Source of the DNA: Enterobacteria phage vB_EcoM_IME341
Length of the DNA stretch: 64,000 bases
Direction: 5' to 3' (one strand)
Sequence record: MH051917
The notes under the pieces are model-generated. The model ran no database searches, had not been told where the DNA came from, and was given only the letters and a program-made list of their open reading frames with translations. Numbering within the stretch: the first letter of the stretch is position 1; each line of letters opens with the position of its first letter. Below are positions 46,159 to 55,155 of the stretch, in pieces. The translations under genes were made by a program, and so were the position numbers.

Positions 46159-47582
46159 AAACTATTTTGGCTCAACTGCTAGGCAATAGTGATTATTTCA
46201 CTAAGGTCTGGCCTTATATGAATGATTCATATTTTGACCAGGGTCCTGCAAAGACCCTTTTCAAAGAAATTAAAAAACACGTCAATGAATATAATGCAGT
46301 GCCTTCTAAGAACGCATTGAGCATTGCATTAGATAACAGTACGCTTTCAGAAGTTGAACATCAAGGCGCTAAAGAGCTTTTAAGCTCACTGAATGCTGGA
46401 CCTGAAGACCAAGAATGGTTGGTTAAAGAGACGGAGAAATACGTTCAGAAAGCAGCGATGTATAATGCAACTTCAAAAATCATTGAAATCCAAACTAATG
46501 CCGACCTTCCGGTTGAGCAACAAAATAGAAAACTTCCAGGTATTGGTGCTATTCCAGATATCATGCGTGATGCATTATCGATTTGTTTCGATTCTGAATT
46601 AGGTCATGACTGGATGGATGACTATGAAGAACGATTCAAAAGTTATTCCGATAAAGCACGTAAGGTTCCATTCCGTCTTAATATTCTGAATAAGATTACC
46701 AAGGGCGGTGCTGAGTTTGGTACTGAAAACGTATTGTTGGCAGGAACAAACGTAGGTAAGTCTCTTGGGCTGTGTTCATTGGCTGCTGATTACCTTCAAT
46801 CCGGATACGATGTTCTTTATATCTCCATGGAGATGGCAGAGGAAGTATGTGCTAAGCGTATCGATGCCAACCTTCTGGATGTATCACTGGATGATATCGA
46901 TGATGGTCACGTCTCTTGGCCTGAATATAAAGCTAAGATGGATAAATGGCGTTCAACTGCTACTTTAGGTCGTTTAAAGATTAAACAGTATCCTACCGGT
47001 GGTGCTAATGCCGATACATTCCGAGCATTATTAAACGAATACAAGCTCAAACAAAACTTTGTCCCACAGGTCGTTATCGTCGACTACTTGGCCATCTGTG
47101 CATCATCTCGTACGAAAGTTTTCTCTGAAAACAGTTATGGATTGATTAAGATGGTAGCCGAAGAACTACGTGGACTTGCAGTAGAGAAGAAATTATTGTT
47201 GTGGACTGCAGCCCAGACTACTCGTGGTGCGAACGTTGCCGCCGAAATCGATATGGCTGATATTGCTGAATCCTTTGGTATTGCACATACTGCCGACTTC
47301 ATGTTGGGTGTGGTCGAGACAGAAGAGTTTGCCCAGATGGGTATGCAGATGGTTAAGCAGCTTAAATCTCGTTATGGCGATAAGAGCTACTACAACAAAT
47401 TTAAGATTGGTGTTAAGAAAGGAAATCAACGTTGGTACGAAGTTGAAGATGATTCCAATCCGGGTCCAGTGAACACTGTTCGTGAGGCTACAGGTGAGAT
47501 GAATCGTCAAGCCGAGGTCAATCGACAGACGCGTGTTAATAGAAGTGATTTGGATGATTTAGCAGCATCTATCAAATTTTAA
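46152..47582 (+). CDS. 41: replicative helicase gp41 (DnaB-like)
   Basis: Walker A GTNVGKS; strong match to T4 gp41; GTG start inferred (46143 or 46152). Confidence 0.93.
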   Translation: MVETILAQLLGNSDYFTKVWPYMNDSYFDQGPAKTLFKEIKKHVNEYNAVPSKNALSIALDNSTLSEVEHQGAKELLSSLNAGPEDQEWLVKETEKYVQKAAMYNATSKIIEIQTNADLPVEQQNRKLPGIGAIPDIMRDALSICFDSELGHDWMDDYEERFKSYSDKARKVPFRLNILNKITKGGAEFGTENVLLAGTNVGKSLGLCSLAADYLQSGYDVLYISMEMAEEVCAKRIDANLLDVSLDDIDDGHVSWPEYKAKMDKWRSTATLGRLKIKQYPTGGANADTFRALLNEYKLKQNFVPQVVIVDYLAICASSRTKVFSENSYGLIKMVAEELRGLAVEKKLLLWTAAQTTRGANVAAEIDMADIAESFGIAHTADFMLGVVETEEFAQMGMQMVKQLKSRYGDKSYYNKFKIGVKKGNQRWYEVEDDSNPGPVNTVREATGEMNRQAEVNRQTRVNRSDLDDLAASIKF

Positions 47583-47602
47583 GGAGCTTCGGCTCCTTTT
47601 TT
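47583..47602 (+). terminator. intrinsic terminator after gene 41
   Basis: GGAGC-TTCG-GCTCC hairpin plus T6. Confidence 0.7.
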
Positions 47603-47611
47603 GTTTTAAGG

Positions 47612-47641
47612 GTTTACATCTCCTGTAGGCGTGATACTATA
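47612..47641 (+). promoter_or_regulatory. early promoter
   Basis: GTTTACA -35, TG-n-TACTAT -10, GACCTATCAA downstream. Confidence 0.6.
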
Positions 47642-47664
47642 GACCTATCAACTTGGAGAACAAA

Positions 47665-47982
47665 ATGAAAACCATCGACTGTAAAGCAGAATATAAAGTG
47701 TATTACCACGGAAGTTGTAGTGTTGCTAATATCGGTAATATGCTTTGTCCTCCTGAGGAAACAGGAGTTCTGTCTGAAACTGGTCGTAAGAAAAACCTGA
47801 ATCGTGTGTTCTTTACTGAAGATATCGGTTTGGCTAAGATTTATGCTGGACGTGCAGCTCGTTCAGTGGGAGGAGAACCTCGTCTTTATCGTGTAATTGC
47901 TCCGGTAGATGTGGTTTGTTTAAATGATACTAAAGGCGCTACGGTTTATCATGCTGAATGGGCCTTCTGTGAGGAAATCTAA
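47665..47982 (+). CDS. hypothetical protein
   Basis: in-frame ATG 47665 after early promoter. Confidence 0.5.
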   Translation: MKTIDCKAEYKVYYHGSCSVANIGNMLCPPEETGVLSETGRKKNLNRVFFTEDIGLAKIYAGRAARSVGGEPRLYRVIAPVDVVCLNDTKGATVYHAEWAFCEEI

Positions 47983-48177
47983 ATGTCTGAATCAATTAAA
48001 GTAAAATTTGTCGGCCATTTCACCAACGGCGATACCGCTACCAAAGAAGCTTCAGTGCGTGAAAACGATATCGTGTGGGTGACTACCCAATTCGCTGAAG
48101 TCAATAATATTTTGGTTAAGGCGTATGTCGACGATGTAGAAGTTTATGAACATGATGCCCGTATTGAGGAAATCTAA
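47983..48177 (+). CDS. dmd: Dmd antitoxin (inhibitor of RnlA/LsoA)
   Basis: 64 aa; VWVTTQFAEVNNILVKAYVDD resembles T4 Dmd; T4 61.5 position. Confidence 0.7.
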   Translation: MSESIKVKFVGHFTNGDTATKEASVRENDIVWVTTQFAEVNNILVKAYVDDVEVYEHDARIEEI

Positions 48178-48318
48178 ATGGAAGAATTTGAATGTGTAGT
48201 ATGTGGTTGTTCGGTCTGTGAAGACCAGGCAGTATTTGATGCTTGGGACAACGCAACCTGTTTAGACTGTGACAGCGAATTCGAAGAAATTGCTCATAAA
48301 CATGAAGGCGAGGAATAA
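48178..48318 (+). CDS. micro-ORF, Cys-rich acidic peptide
   Basis: 46 aa with CVVCGCSVC and CLDCD motifs; not in ORF track. Confidence 0.35.
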   Translation: MEEFECVVCGCSVCEDQAVFDAWDNATCLDCDSEFEEIAHKHEGEE

Positions 48319-48558
48319 ATGAATATCGTACTAATGAAACCAACTCCTAGCTCTTTTTGGAATAAATCTTTCGGTAAGCATAATATGTTTATCCACCGCA
48401 CTGTAAGCAACTGGGAACTGGTTCTTTCAGTGGGCCACAACGATTATGAACAAGAATACGTAGAGTTCTTCGAATTTCCTGTGAAGCCTACTAAGCGTCA
48501 GATTCGTCAGACAAAACGTAAATTCCGTAAGATTTATTTGGAAGATTCGTTAAAATAA
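48319..48558 (+). CDS. hypothetical protein
   Basis: 79-aa ORF. Confidence 0.45.
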   Translation: MNIVLMKPTPSSFWNKSFGKHNMFIHRTVSNWELVLSVGHNDYEQEYVEFFEFPVKPTKRQIRQTKRKFRKIYLEDSLK

Positions 48559-48559
48559 A

Positions 48560-48590
48560 GTTTACAACGGTCTATGGTAGTGATACTATA
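48560..48590 (+). promoter_or_regulatory. early promoter upstream of sp
   Basis: GTTTACA -35, TG-n-TACTAT -10, GACCTATCAA downstream. Confidence 0.6.
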
Positions 48591-48617
48591 GACCTATCAA
48601 CTAACGAGGAGTTAAAA

Positions 48618-48911
48618 ATGAAAAAGTTATTAATCGCAGCAATCCTTACAGTAGCATCATGTGGCACGGCTCCAGTTACGGCTGGATTGGATAAAGACCT
48701 TTGTGAATGGTCTATGACTGCAGACCAAGAATCGGTTGAACATCAGATTTATGCTGATATCATGAACATCACTAAACGCGACCGCCCTGATATGGCTAAA
48801 GAAGTGTCAGACCAATTAGCTTCAGGTGGCGTTATGCAATATAACTATGTTTTGTATTGCGATGCCAATTTCGATAACAAAAATATCGTTAAAGAGGTGA
48901 CAGGTGAATAA
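48618..48911 (+). CDS. sp: Spackle periplasmic protein
   Basis: 97 aa with signal peptide; CEWSMTADQ...GGVMQYNYVLYCD matches T4 Sp. Confidence 0.8.
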   Translation: MKKLLIAAILTVASCGTAPVTAGLDKDLCEWSMTADQESVEHQIYADIMNITKRDRPDMAKEVSDQLASGGVMQYNYVLYCDANFDNKNIVKEVTGE

Positions 48912-49344
48912 GATTAACAGAAATTTAGTTATCAAAAAACTTTGTTGTAAAAATCCAAATGCACAAGCATACAGGATGTTTTGGAGCGACGACCACCAAT
49001 ACCTAGGTTATTTTCTTGTTGATAGTGATGATCGAATCACAATGGCTCATAAACTTCTTAACAGAGAATTAAACCATTGGCAAGAACTTATTGCGGTGAG
49101 GTCTAAATTATTTTCGTGCAATACAATGCACCAATTGGTTTATTTTTTCGCTGAAGGTATTCCTGACAAGGTCGAGTTTGATGGATTCGAATTTAAAGAT
49201 ATCCTCCCGGACAACGAATTGAATGACGGCGTTAATATGGATATCCCTAGCAAGTATATCAAAAACAGTCTGTTGAAAATTCTGGAAGCTCCGGTTTATT
49301 CAATAGATGACCAAATTTTTAATGCTTTTATGAATCGAGGTTAA
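48904..49344 (+). CDS. hypothetical protein
   Basis: 146-aa ORF with apparent GTG start. Confidence 0.45.
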   Translation: MNKINRNLVIKKLCCKNPNAQAYRMFWSDDHQYLGYFLVDSDDRITMAHKLLNRELNHWQELIAVRSKLFSCNTMHQLVYFFAEGIPDKVEFDGFEFKDILPDNELNDGVNMDIPSKYIKNSLLKILEAPVYSIDDQIFNAFMNRG

Positions 49345-49345
49345 T

Positions 49346-49567
49346 ATGTTTGTCTTAACTCAATTCTCTAAAGCAGTGTATAGTTACTCTTGTCAGTGGG
49401 AAGTCTTTATCGATTCTCCTTCACCTAAGTACGGTGTTTTTGGACGAGTAACTACCCAATCTTATGTTGCGCGGCCAACTAAGCGCCAGCTTCGTAAACT
49501 TAAAAAGGCTCATCGCCAACTGATTAAAAGAAGGGAACAATATGAGTGCAATGTGTACGGGCTCTAA
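49346..49567 (+). CDS. hypothetical basic protein
   Basis: 73-aa ORF. Confidence 0.45.
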   Translation: MFVLTQFSKAVYSYSCQWEVFIDSPSPKYGVFGRVTTQSYVARPTKRQLRKLKKAHRQLIKRREQYECNVYGL

Positions 49568-49733
49568 GATTTCTGTATTCGAATTATTCGAAGAATATGA
49601 AATAGTATCAAAAGACCAAGAAGCTATCCATATTATTGCTGGTGATGGCGTAACTTGGATTATTCCACTTTACCACGAAGATACCTATGAAGTCACTGAT
49701 GCAAATGGTGATAAAGCTATTTTCGTAATATAA
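49542..49733 (+). CDS. hypothetical protein
   Basis: 63-aa ORF. Confidence 0.4.
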   Translation: MSAMCTGSKISVFELFEEYEIVSKDQEAIHIIAGDGVTWIIPLYHEDTYEVTDANGDKAIFVI

Positions 49734-49736
49734 ATA
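49729..49736 (+). promoter_or_regulatory. putative late promoter
   Basis: exact TATAAATA 14 nt upstream of small ORF 49750-49911. Confidence 0.4.
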
Positions 49737-49749
49737 AGGCCAGGAGCCT

Positions 49750-49911
49750 ATGAAATCTTTTAAAGAAGTTATGAACGAAGATATGGTCGCAGGTGATGCA
49801 GGCGGAAATCCTACTGCTATTGCCTCCGGAACTACCTCAGGCGCTGTCGTCAACAAAGGGCCTGAACAAATCCCATCTAAAAAGCGTAAAGAAAAATCTG
49901 AAAACGAATGA
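49750..49911 (+). CDS. hypothetical small late protein
   Basis: 53 aa; TATAAATA 14 nt upstream plus SD AGGAG; not in ORF track. Confidence 0.4.
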   Translation: MKSFKEVMNEDMVAGDAGGNPTAIASGTTSGAVVNKGPEQIPSKKRKEKSENE

Positions 49912-49949
49912 TATAATGGCTCTATTAATTTAGAGCCCAAGGAAAAATA

Positions 49950-50978
49950 ATGTCATATGTCGATAGAGAATTTGCTGTACGTGCCTTGAATTACCAACCT
50001 AAATTCAGACAAGTAACTGGTAGTGATTTTAAATTAAACTGTCGTTGCCGTGTATGTGGCGACTCCCTAAAAGATGAGAACAAAGCGCGTTTTTGGGCCT
50101 ATCCGGCTAATGACGGCTCTGTAATGCTGCACTGTTTTAACTGTGATTATTCAGCAGGAATTAAGAAGTATCTATACGAATATGAGCCTGATTTATATCG
50201 CGAATATATTCTTGAGAAACATAAAGAGCAATCGTTCGGGAGACAAGCTGCACCTAAGGTGGAGATATCTGAAAAAATTAAAGCTAAGATGCCTGTCATC
50301 GAAAAGCTTAATTTCTGTGAACGATTAGATAGAATGCCAAAGGACCATCCTATTATCAAATATGTGACACTACGTTGCATTCCTGAAAACAAATGGAATC
50401 GGCTGTGGTTTACTAAAGAATGGCCTGCATTAGTTAACTCTGTGAATCCAGGGACCTATTCTAAAGAAATGCCTGAGCCTCGTTTGGTTATTCCAATTTT
50501 CAATAAGAATAAACAAATTGAAAGTTTTCAGGGTCGAGCCTTACGTAAAGATGCTCCACAAAAATATATTACAATAAAAGCTCATGACCAAGCTACAAAA
50601 ATATATGGAATGGATACAGTTGATGAACGTCAATTGGTGTGGGTAATGGAAGGTCCTATCGATTCATTATTCGTACCGAATGCAATAGCAATTACTGGCG
50701 GATCGTTGGACTTGGCTATGGTTCCGTGTAAAGAAACACGTGCCTGGGTAATGGACAATGAACCCCGCCATCCTGACACAATTAAGCGTATGCAACGATT
50801 AGTTGATGCCGGCGAAAGGGTTCTATTCTGGGACAAGGCTCCGTGGCCTTCTAAAGATATAAATGATATGGTTATGAAAGATAAAGCCGATATAAATGAT
50901 GTACTGGCATATATGAAAGCTAATATCGCACAAGGTCTAATGGCAAAAATGAGACTTTCAAAATATTCCAAGATTTAG
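49950..50978 (+). CDS. 61: DNA primase gp61
   Basis: N-terminal zinc ribbon CRCRVCGD...CFNCDY; matches T4 gp61. Confidence 0.9.
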   Translation: MSYVDREFAVRALNYQPKFRQVTGSDFKLNCRCRVCGDSLKDENKARFWAYPANDGSVMLHCFNCDYSAGIKKYLYEYEPDLYREYILEKHKEQSFGRQAAPKVEISEKIKAKMPVIEKLNFCERLDRMPKDHPIIKYVTLRCIPENKWNRLWFTKEWPALVNSVNPGTYSKEMPEPRLVIPIFNKNKQIESFQGRALRKDAPQKYITIKAHDQATKIYGMDTVDERQLVWVMEGPIDSLFVPNAIAITGGSLDLAMVPCKETRAWVMDNEPRHPDTIKRMQRLVDAGERVLFWDKAPWPSKDINDMVMKDKADINDVLAYMKANIAQGLMAKMRLSKYSKI

Positions 50979-51175
50979 GCAGGAATTCCGCTAAAGAATC
51001 CAACTATGCTTAACACATGCTCCATTGTAACCGCTGGTAAAATTACACCCTGACTAGCGGCTACAGGGACTACCAGAAGATTCCAAAGGAATACGTCTAG
51101 CGCAAGAAAACCTAACATCATTTTCTTGTCTTTCTTTTCGGCCAATTTCCAGATTTGGTAAAAAATACTACCCAT
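50975..51175 (-). CDS. small membrane protein (minus strand)
   Basis: 66 aa hydrophobic; strong SD AGGAGGA 5 nt upstream on minus strand; convergent with gene 61. Confidence 0.45.
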   Translation of the reverse strand: MGSIFYQIWKLAEKKDKKMMLGFLALDVFLWNLLVVPVAASQGVILPAVTMEHVLSIVGFFSGIPA

Positions 51176-51266
51176 GTTATCCTCCTGTTAAATTATTATT
51201 TATTCGCTTTAATTTAACAGTTTATAATTATCTAACTTATTAATGAATTGAAAAAGGAAAAATATA

Positions 51267-51788
51267 ATGGCACACTTTAATGAATGTTCACAACTTATTG
51301 CTGGTGTTGATAAAGCTGAGAAAGCTTATTTTAATGCTCTGATTCACGAAGATAAAGACCCTCTGCAGGTTATGCTTGATATGCAGAAATCATTACAGGT
51401 CCGTTTGGCTAAAGATAAACCTGAATATAACCGTCATCCTGATGACTTGGCTACTGCAGGTGAAGTTGTTGATTGGTTGCGCAATCAGAAAGATTATATT
51501 GATGATGAATTCCGCGAACTTCTGACTTCTCTTGGTGGCATGAGCAATGGCGAAAAAGATGCGAGCGCTGTATGGAAGCCTTGGAAAGCTCAACATGCTG
51601 AACGTCGTGAAACCCTGATTAACGATTTGTCTCCTGAAGACCAGCTCGAAATTAAATTCGAAATGATTGATATTCTGCACTTTGTTCTGAATATGTTCCA
51701 AGGCCTTGGACTGACTGCTGAAGAAATCTTTAAGTTGTATTACCTGAAAAACGCTGAGAACTTTGCTCGTCAAGACCGAGGTTATTAA
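51267..51788 (+). CDS. 56: dCTP pyrophosphatase gp56 (MazG-like)
   Basis: 173 aa; MAHFNECSQLIAGVDKAE...EIFKLYYLKNAENFARQDRGY resembles T4 gp56. Confidence 0.85.
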   Translation: MAHFNECSQLIAGVDKAEKAYFNALIHEDKDPLQVMLDMQKSLQVRLAKDKPEYNRHPDDLATAGEVVDWLRNQKDYIDDEFRELLTSLGGMSNGEKDASAVWKPWKAQHAERRETLINDLSPEDQLEIKFEMIDILHFVLNMFQGLGLTAEEIFKLYYLKNAENFARQDRGY

Positions 51789-51790
51789 GT

Positions 51791-51798
51791 TATAAATA
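51791..51798 (+). promoter_or_regulatory. late promoter of soc
   Basis: exact TATAAATA about 30 nt upstream of soc ATG. Confidence 0.7.
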
Positions 51799-51829
51799 CA
51801 CCTGTAATTAAACAACAAAGGAGTTTATT

Positions 51830-52066
51830 ATGGGTGGTTTCGTTAATATCAAAACCTTCACACATCCAGCTGGTGAAGGCAAAGAAGTTAAAGGTACTGA
51901 GGTTTCGGTCCCGTTTGAGATTTATTCAAACGAGCACCGTATTGCAGACTCTCATTATCAGACTTTCCCTTCAGCCGTTGCAGCCTACTCAACCGTAGTG
52001 ACTGATGCTGCTGACTGGAAGACCAAGAACGCAGCAATGTTCACGCCTACACCAGTAAGTGGTTAA
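51830..52066 (+). CDS. soc: small outer capsid protein Soc
   Basis: VNIKTF...HYQTFPS...AAYSTV matches T4 Soc; TATAAATA late promoter upstream. Confidence 0.85.
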   Translation: MGGFVNIKTFTHPAGEGKEVKGTEVSVPFEIYSNEHRIADSHYQTFPSAVAAYSTVVTDAADWKTKNAAMFTPTPVSG

Positions 52067-52075
52067 ATAATTTAA

Positions 52076-52101
52076 GGAATCCTTCGGGATTCCTTTTTTT
52101 T
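52076..52101 (+). terminator. intrinsic terminator after soc
   Basis: GGAATCC-TTCG-GGATTCC hairpin plus T8. Confidence 0.75.
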
Positions 52102-52110
52102 GTTTCTACG

Positions 52111-52140
52111 GTTTACATCCACTAAAAACTGTGGTAAGAT
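52111..52140 (+). promoter_or_regulatory. early promoter
   Basis: GTTTACA -35 and TAAGAT -10 after soc terminator. Confidence 0.5.
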
Positions 52141-52168
52141 ATTCTTACTTACTCAAGAGGAGAACAAT

Positions 52169-52378
52169 ATGTTAAATCGTTGGATTAAACCAAATAAAAC
52201 TTTGGATGAAATTATCGCTAATCACGTATTGAAAAAGTACTTCTATACGCCTTGGTATACCGAAGTTATTGTCCATTCATTTATGATGCATGAAGACGGT
52301 TCTATCGAATTTAATGCCGAAATCCGTCACGAGACTGATGATATCGATAAAGTTGAATTTAAACGAGGTTTCCTATGA
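52169..52378 (+). CDS. hypothetical protein
   Basis: in-frame ATG 52169 after SD GAGGAG. Confidence 0.45.
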   Translation: MLNRWIKPNKTLDEIIANHVLKKYFYTPWYTEVIVHSFMMHEDGSIEFNAEIRHETDDIDKVEFKRGFL

Positions 52379-52692
52379 TTCGTTGGCTTAAGAATTTTTT
52401 CAAGACCAAACCTGGTGAAGGGGTGGTTCCTATCTCAGGCCCAAAGGAATATGTTTACGTGGGTGATGGTATGATGGAAGAAGTTACCCGTCGACCTGAA
52501 AAAGCTGGTAATGTGGGGCTGGGCGCTCTTCCTTTGAATTCTAAAAAGTTAAAAGAACATCTAGAAGCTCGTCGCACAAGCCATATTGATACCACTCCTA
52601 TTATGGTTGCGGCGGCTGTTAGTTCGTGGACTGGTGATTCGTCTTATTCTGACTCAGGAAGCTGTGGCTCATCGTCCGGCTCGTGTGATTAA
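52375..52692 (+). CDS. hypothetical protein
   Basis: 105 aa with Ser/Gly/Cys-rich C-terminus. Confidence 0.5.
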   Translation: MIRWLKNFFKTKPGEGVVPISGPKEYVYVGDGMMEEVTRRPEKAGNVGLGALPLNSKKLKEHLEARRTSHIDTTPIMVAAAVSSWTGDSSYSDSGSCGSSSGSCD

Positions 52693-52892
52693 TGAAACCT
52701 TTATCATGGCTTAAAGATTGGCTAGACCGTCCAGGCGATTATCTTGATGACGGATGGTTAGACCAAGCCAATGTGGAAATGAAACGCGACTCCGAAGAAT
52801 GGATTCTTAAAGGTATCCGTGAAGAACGCGAAAAGAAATTGGAACGCGAAGCTCTTAGAATTATGCGTGATATCTATGGGGATAAATCATGA
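52692..52892 (+). CDS. hypothetical protein
   Basis: 66-aa ORF. Confidence 0.45.
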   Translation: MKPLSWLKDWLDRPGDYLDDGWLDQANVEMKRDSEEWILKGIREEREKKLEREALRIMRDIYGDKS

Positions 52893-53056
52893 CTATTAAA
52901 GAGGCCGAAGAACGTGCTAAAGAGGCATTGGATTTGCTTCTTAAAATCGGTAGTAAAATGATGGAAGAAAACGAGAAATACATCCAAGAAAATAAAATTC
53001 CGGATGGCCCTTTAGTAGGTAAACTAAGAAGAGGAAAACATAATGAAAGTCTATGA
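52889..53056 (+). CDS. hypothetical small protein
   Basis: 55 aa, ATGA overlap; not in ORF track. Confidence 0.35.
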   Translation: MTIKEAEERAKEALDLLLKIGSKMMEENEKYIQENKIPDGPLVGKLRRGKHNESL

Positions 53057-53534
53057 ACTAGAATTCTTTGTTCGTGATTCTGCCGGACAAACACGTCCTT
53101 ATGATGCTGCGGCGTGTCTTATCCTTGTCGATAATGGTACGAATTCTATAACCCAGTTAGAAACACGATTAAAAGATATTAAGCCGCCAGAAAATATTCT
53201 AATGAAGGCATATCATAATAAAAATGTTGATGTTGCTGAGGGTTGTCCTTTTAGCCTGGCTGAAGCATTACATATCAAGGGTTATCGTTATCCGGCAGAC
53301 CCATACGCCGAAGGAACCATGGATATTTTCTATAAGGATAGAGATAAAATGGCAAATGAGCGTCTTAAAGGACGTACTTATCTGATTTCCACCACCGAAG
53401 ACCTTACTGAAGTCGAACGTCAGATTTGGAAACACTTTGATATTGGACTGCGCTTTACCATGACTGAAGACGCTATTTGTGATGCTAAGGCGCGAGCTCG
53501 TATGTACGGTTACGGTCCTATCGGTGGTTACTAA
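53043..53534 (+). CDS. hypothetical protein
   Basis: 163-aa ORF. Confidence 0.5.
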   Translation: MKVYELEFFVRDSAGQTRPYDAAACLILVDNGTNSITQLETRLKDIKPPENILMKAYHNKNVDVAEGCPFSLAEALHIKGYRYPADPYAEGTMDIFYKDRDKMANERLKGRTYLISTTEDLTEVERQIWKHFDIGLRFTMTEDAICDAKARARMYGYGPIGGY

Positions 53535-53722
53535 TGGACTTATTTGATATGTTTGTCATTCCGGACCCTGAGCCTGAAACAACTCAGGAGCCGCCTGTTG
53601 ACCTCGTCAACGAACTTGATATGATTATACAGAAGCATGGTTTTAAGTTGCCTAAAGATGTTCTTAGTGACCTAGCTTCTTATTACTTAGACCCTCCTCC
53701 ATGGGCTCCTTGGGTAAAATAA
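53534..53722 (+). CDS. hypothetical acidic protein
   Basis: 62-aa ORF. Confidence 0.45.
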   Translation: MDLFDMFVIPDPEPETTQEPPVDLVNELDMIIQKHGFKLPKDVLSDLASYYLDPPPWAPWVK

Positions 53723-53750
53723 AGTTTTACACCTCCTCCCTTCATGTTAT
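53722..53750 (+). promoter_or_regulatory. early promoter upstream of modB-like gene
   Basis: GTTTTACA -35, TG-n-TATAAT -10; followed by SD-sequestering hairpin. Confidence 0.55.
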
Positions 53751-53777
53751 AATGACCTCTAAATCACTGGAGGTCAT

Positions 53778-54347
53778 ATGAACATCGAACAAAAATGTCT
53801 TTATCAAGACCGAATCAATTCCAAATTCTCAAAACACGAACAGAATCTTTTAGAAAAATGTCTAGATGCTAAAAAAGACCCTAACTTCCATTACGACCTT
53901 GATAAGCTAGTTCGTAAGCATGTTACTTCAGCGGTTCCGGTAGAGCTTTATCGTGGGATTACCCCTATGGAACTTGAGCAACTTGAAGTTCTTTCTGTTG
54001 GGTGTCAGTGGTCACCGGGTCGTGTTACTTCTTTTAGTACGCAATACTCTCAGGCTCGTCAGTTCGCAGGGGCATGGGAATACGGAACCAAAACCATTTT
54101 AAGTCTCAGGAATGCTCCATTCATTTTTGACTACTATAACCATGCTATCGACCTTGTTCTTGCAGGGAATGTGGATGAGCTTGAAATAGATGAAACCCGT
54201 ATAGACCTCTACGATATGGTCGAAACTGAATGTGAGTTCATGGTCTCTAGCCTATCACGATTTGAGATTGTTGAAATCGAAACCATCAAAAGGGACCCGT
54301 ACGAAATCGAGTACAAAACAATTCATTTAAAAATGTTGGATTTTTAG
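53778..54347 (+). CDS. modB: ADP-ribosyltransferase, ModB-like
   Basis: R-S-E ART signature (LYRG, SFSTQYSQ, E-x-E); paralog of next gene; T4 modB position. Confidence 0.55.
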   Translation: MNIEQKCLYQDRINSKFSKHEQNLLEKCLDAKKDPNFHYDLDKLVRKHVTSAVPVELYRGITPMELEQLEVLSVGCQWSPGRVTSFSTQYSQARQFAGAWEYGTKTILSLRNAPFIFDYYNHAIDLVLAGNVDELEIDETRIDLYDMVETECEFMVSSLSRFEIVEIETIKRDPYEIEYKTIHLKMLDF

Positions 54348-54377
54348 TTTACAGGCAAGGAGGCTTGTGGTACTATC
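54347..54377 (+). promoter_or_regulatory. early promoter upstream of modA-like gene
   Basis: GTTTACA -35 and TG-n-TACTAT -10. Confidence 0.55.
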
Positions 54378-54401
54378 TTTCTATCAACTGAGGAGAATAA
54401 T

Positions 54402-55016
54402 ATGTTATATCCAAGCCATAAATTAGCAGAATTTATCAACAATGCCAAATGCGATGATTTCCGTGAGAATACTCAGATAGAAATTGATGAGGTGTATTCT
54501 GATTTAGAACAGAGTACCCTCTGGCAGTGCATGGAAAATAAACCAGATTGTATCCAGGAAACTCTGAACAAAATCATCCGTAAGAACCTGACTTCTGTAG
54601 TGCCTGATAAGCTCTATCGCGGCATATCTAAAAAGACTATGAAGTATCTAGAGTCCACAATGTGTGTAGGTGCGGTAATTGAATTCGACCGCGTGATGAG
54701 CTTCTCTAAAGACTTCAACGTGGCAAGGAATTTCGCATCTTATAACTTCTACGGCACATTTAATATCTTTTGTATTAATGATGCACCATTTGTGTACAAT
54801 TATCAGGAAGAAATCTTTAAAATGTTATGTGCCGCGCCCCCTGAAGAGTTCCCAGGCGCATTTCCTGAATCTACCCGTGTAGCAAACTTACAATTAATAA
54901 ATGATGAAGATGAGATGATGTTCCCTGCGGGAACTACGCTGCGCGTAGACTCTATTGAGAGAAATCCTAAATGGAATAATTACACCATTTGGAATCTTTC
55001 CGTTCTTTCTTACTGA
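54402..55016 (+). CDS. modA: ADP-ribosyltransferase, ModA-like
   Basis: R-S-E ART signature (LYRG, SFSKDF, E-x-E); T4 modA position. Confidence 0.55.
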   Translation: MLYPSHKLAEFINNAKCDDFRENTQIEIDEVYSDLEQSTLWQCMENKPDCIQETLNKIIRKNLTSVVPDKLYRGISKKTMKYLESTMCVGAVIEFDRVMSFSKDFNVARNFASYNFYGTFNIFCINDAPFVYNYQEEIFKMLCAAPPEEFPGAFPESTRVANLQLINDEDEMMFPAGTTLRVDSIERNPKWNNYTIWNLSVLSY

Positions 55017-55082
55017 ACCGCCAGGTTTAATTGAAAGGCAAAGTCCTTGATTCATTATACCGTCGAAAATTTAAAGCAAAAA

Positions 55083-55112
55083 AGTGTTTACTTTATCGAG
55101 CAACGTGATACT
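55083..55112 (+). promoter_or_regulatory. early promoter
   Basis: GTTTAC -35, TG-n-TACTAT -10, GAACCTATCAA downstream. Confidence 0.6.
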
Positions 55113-55155
55113 ATAGAACCTATCAACTAATCGTCCGTAAGATGAGAAAAATATT

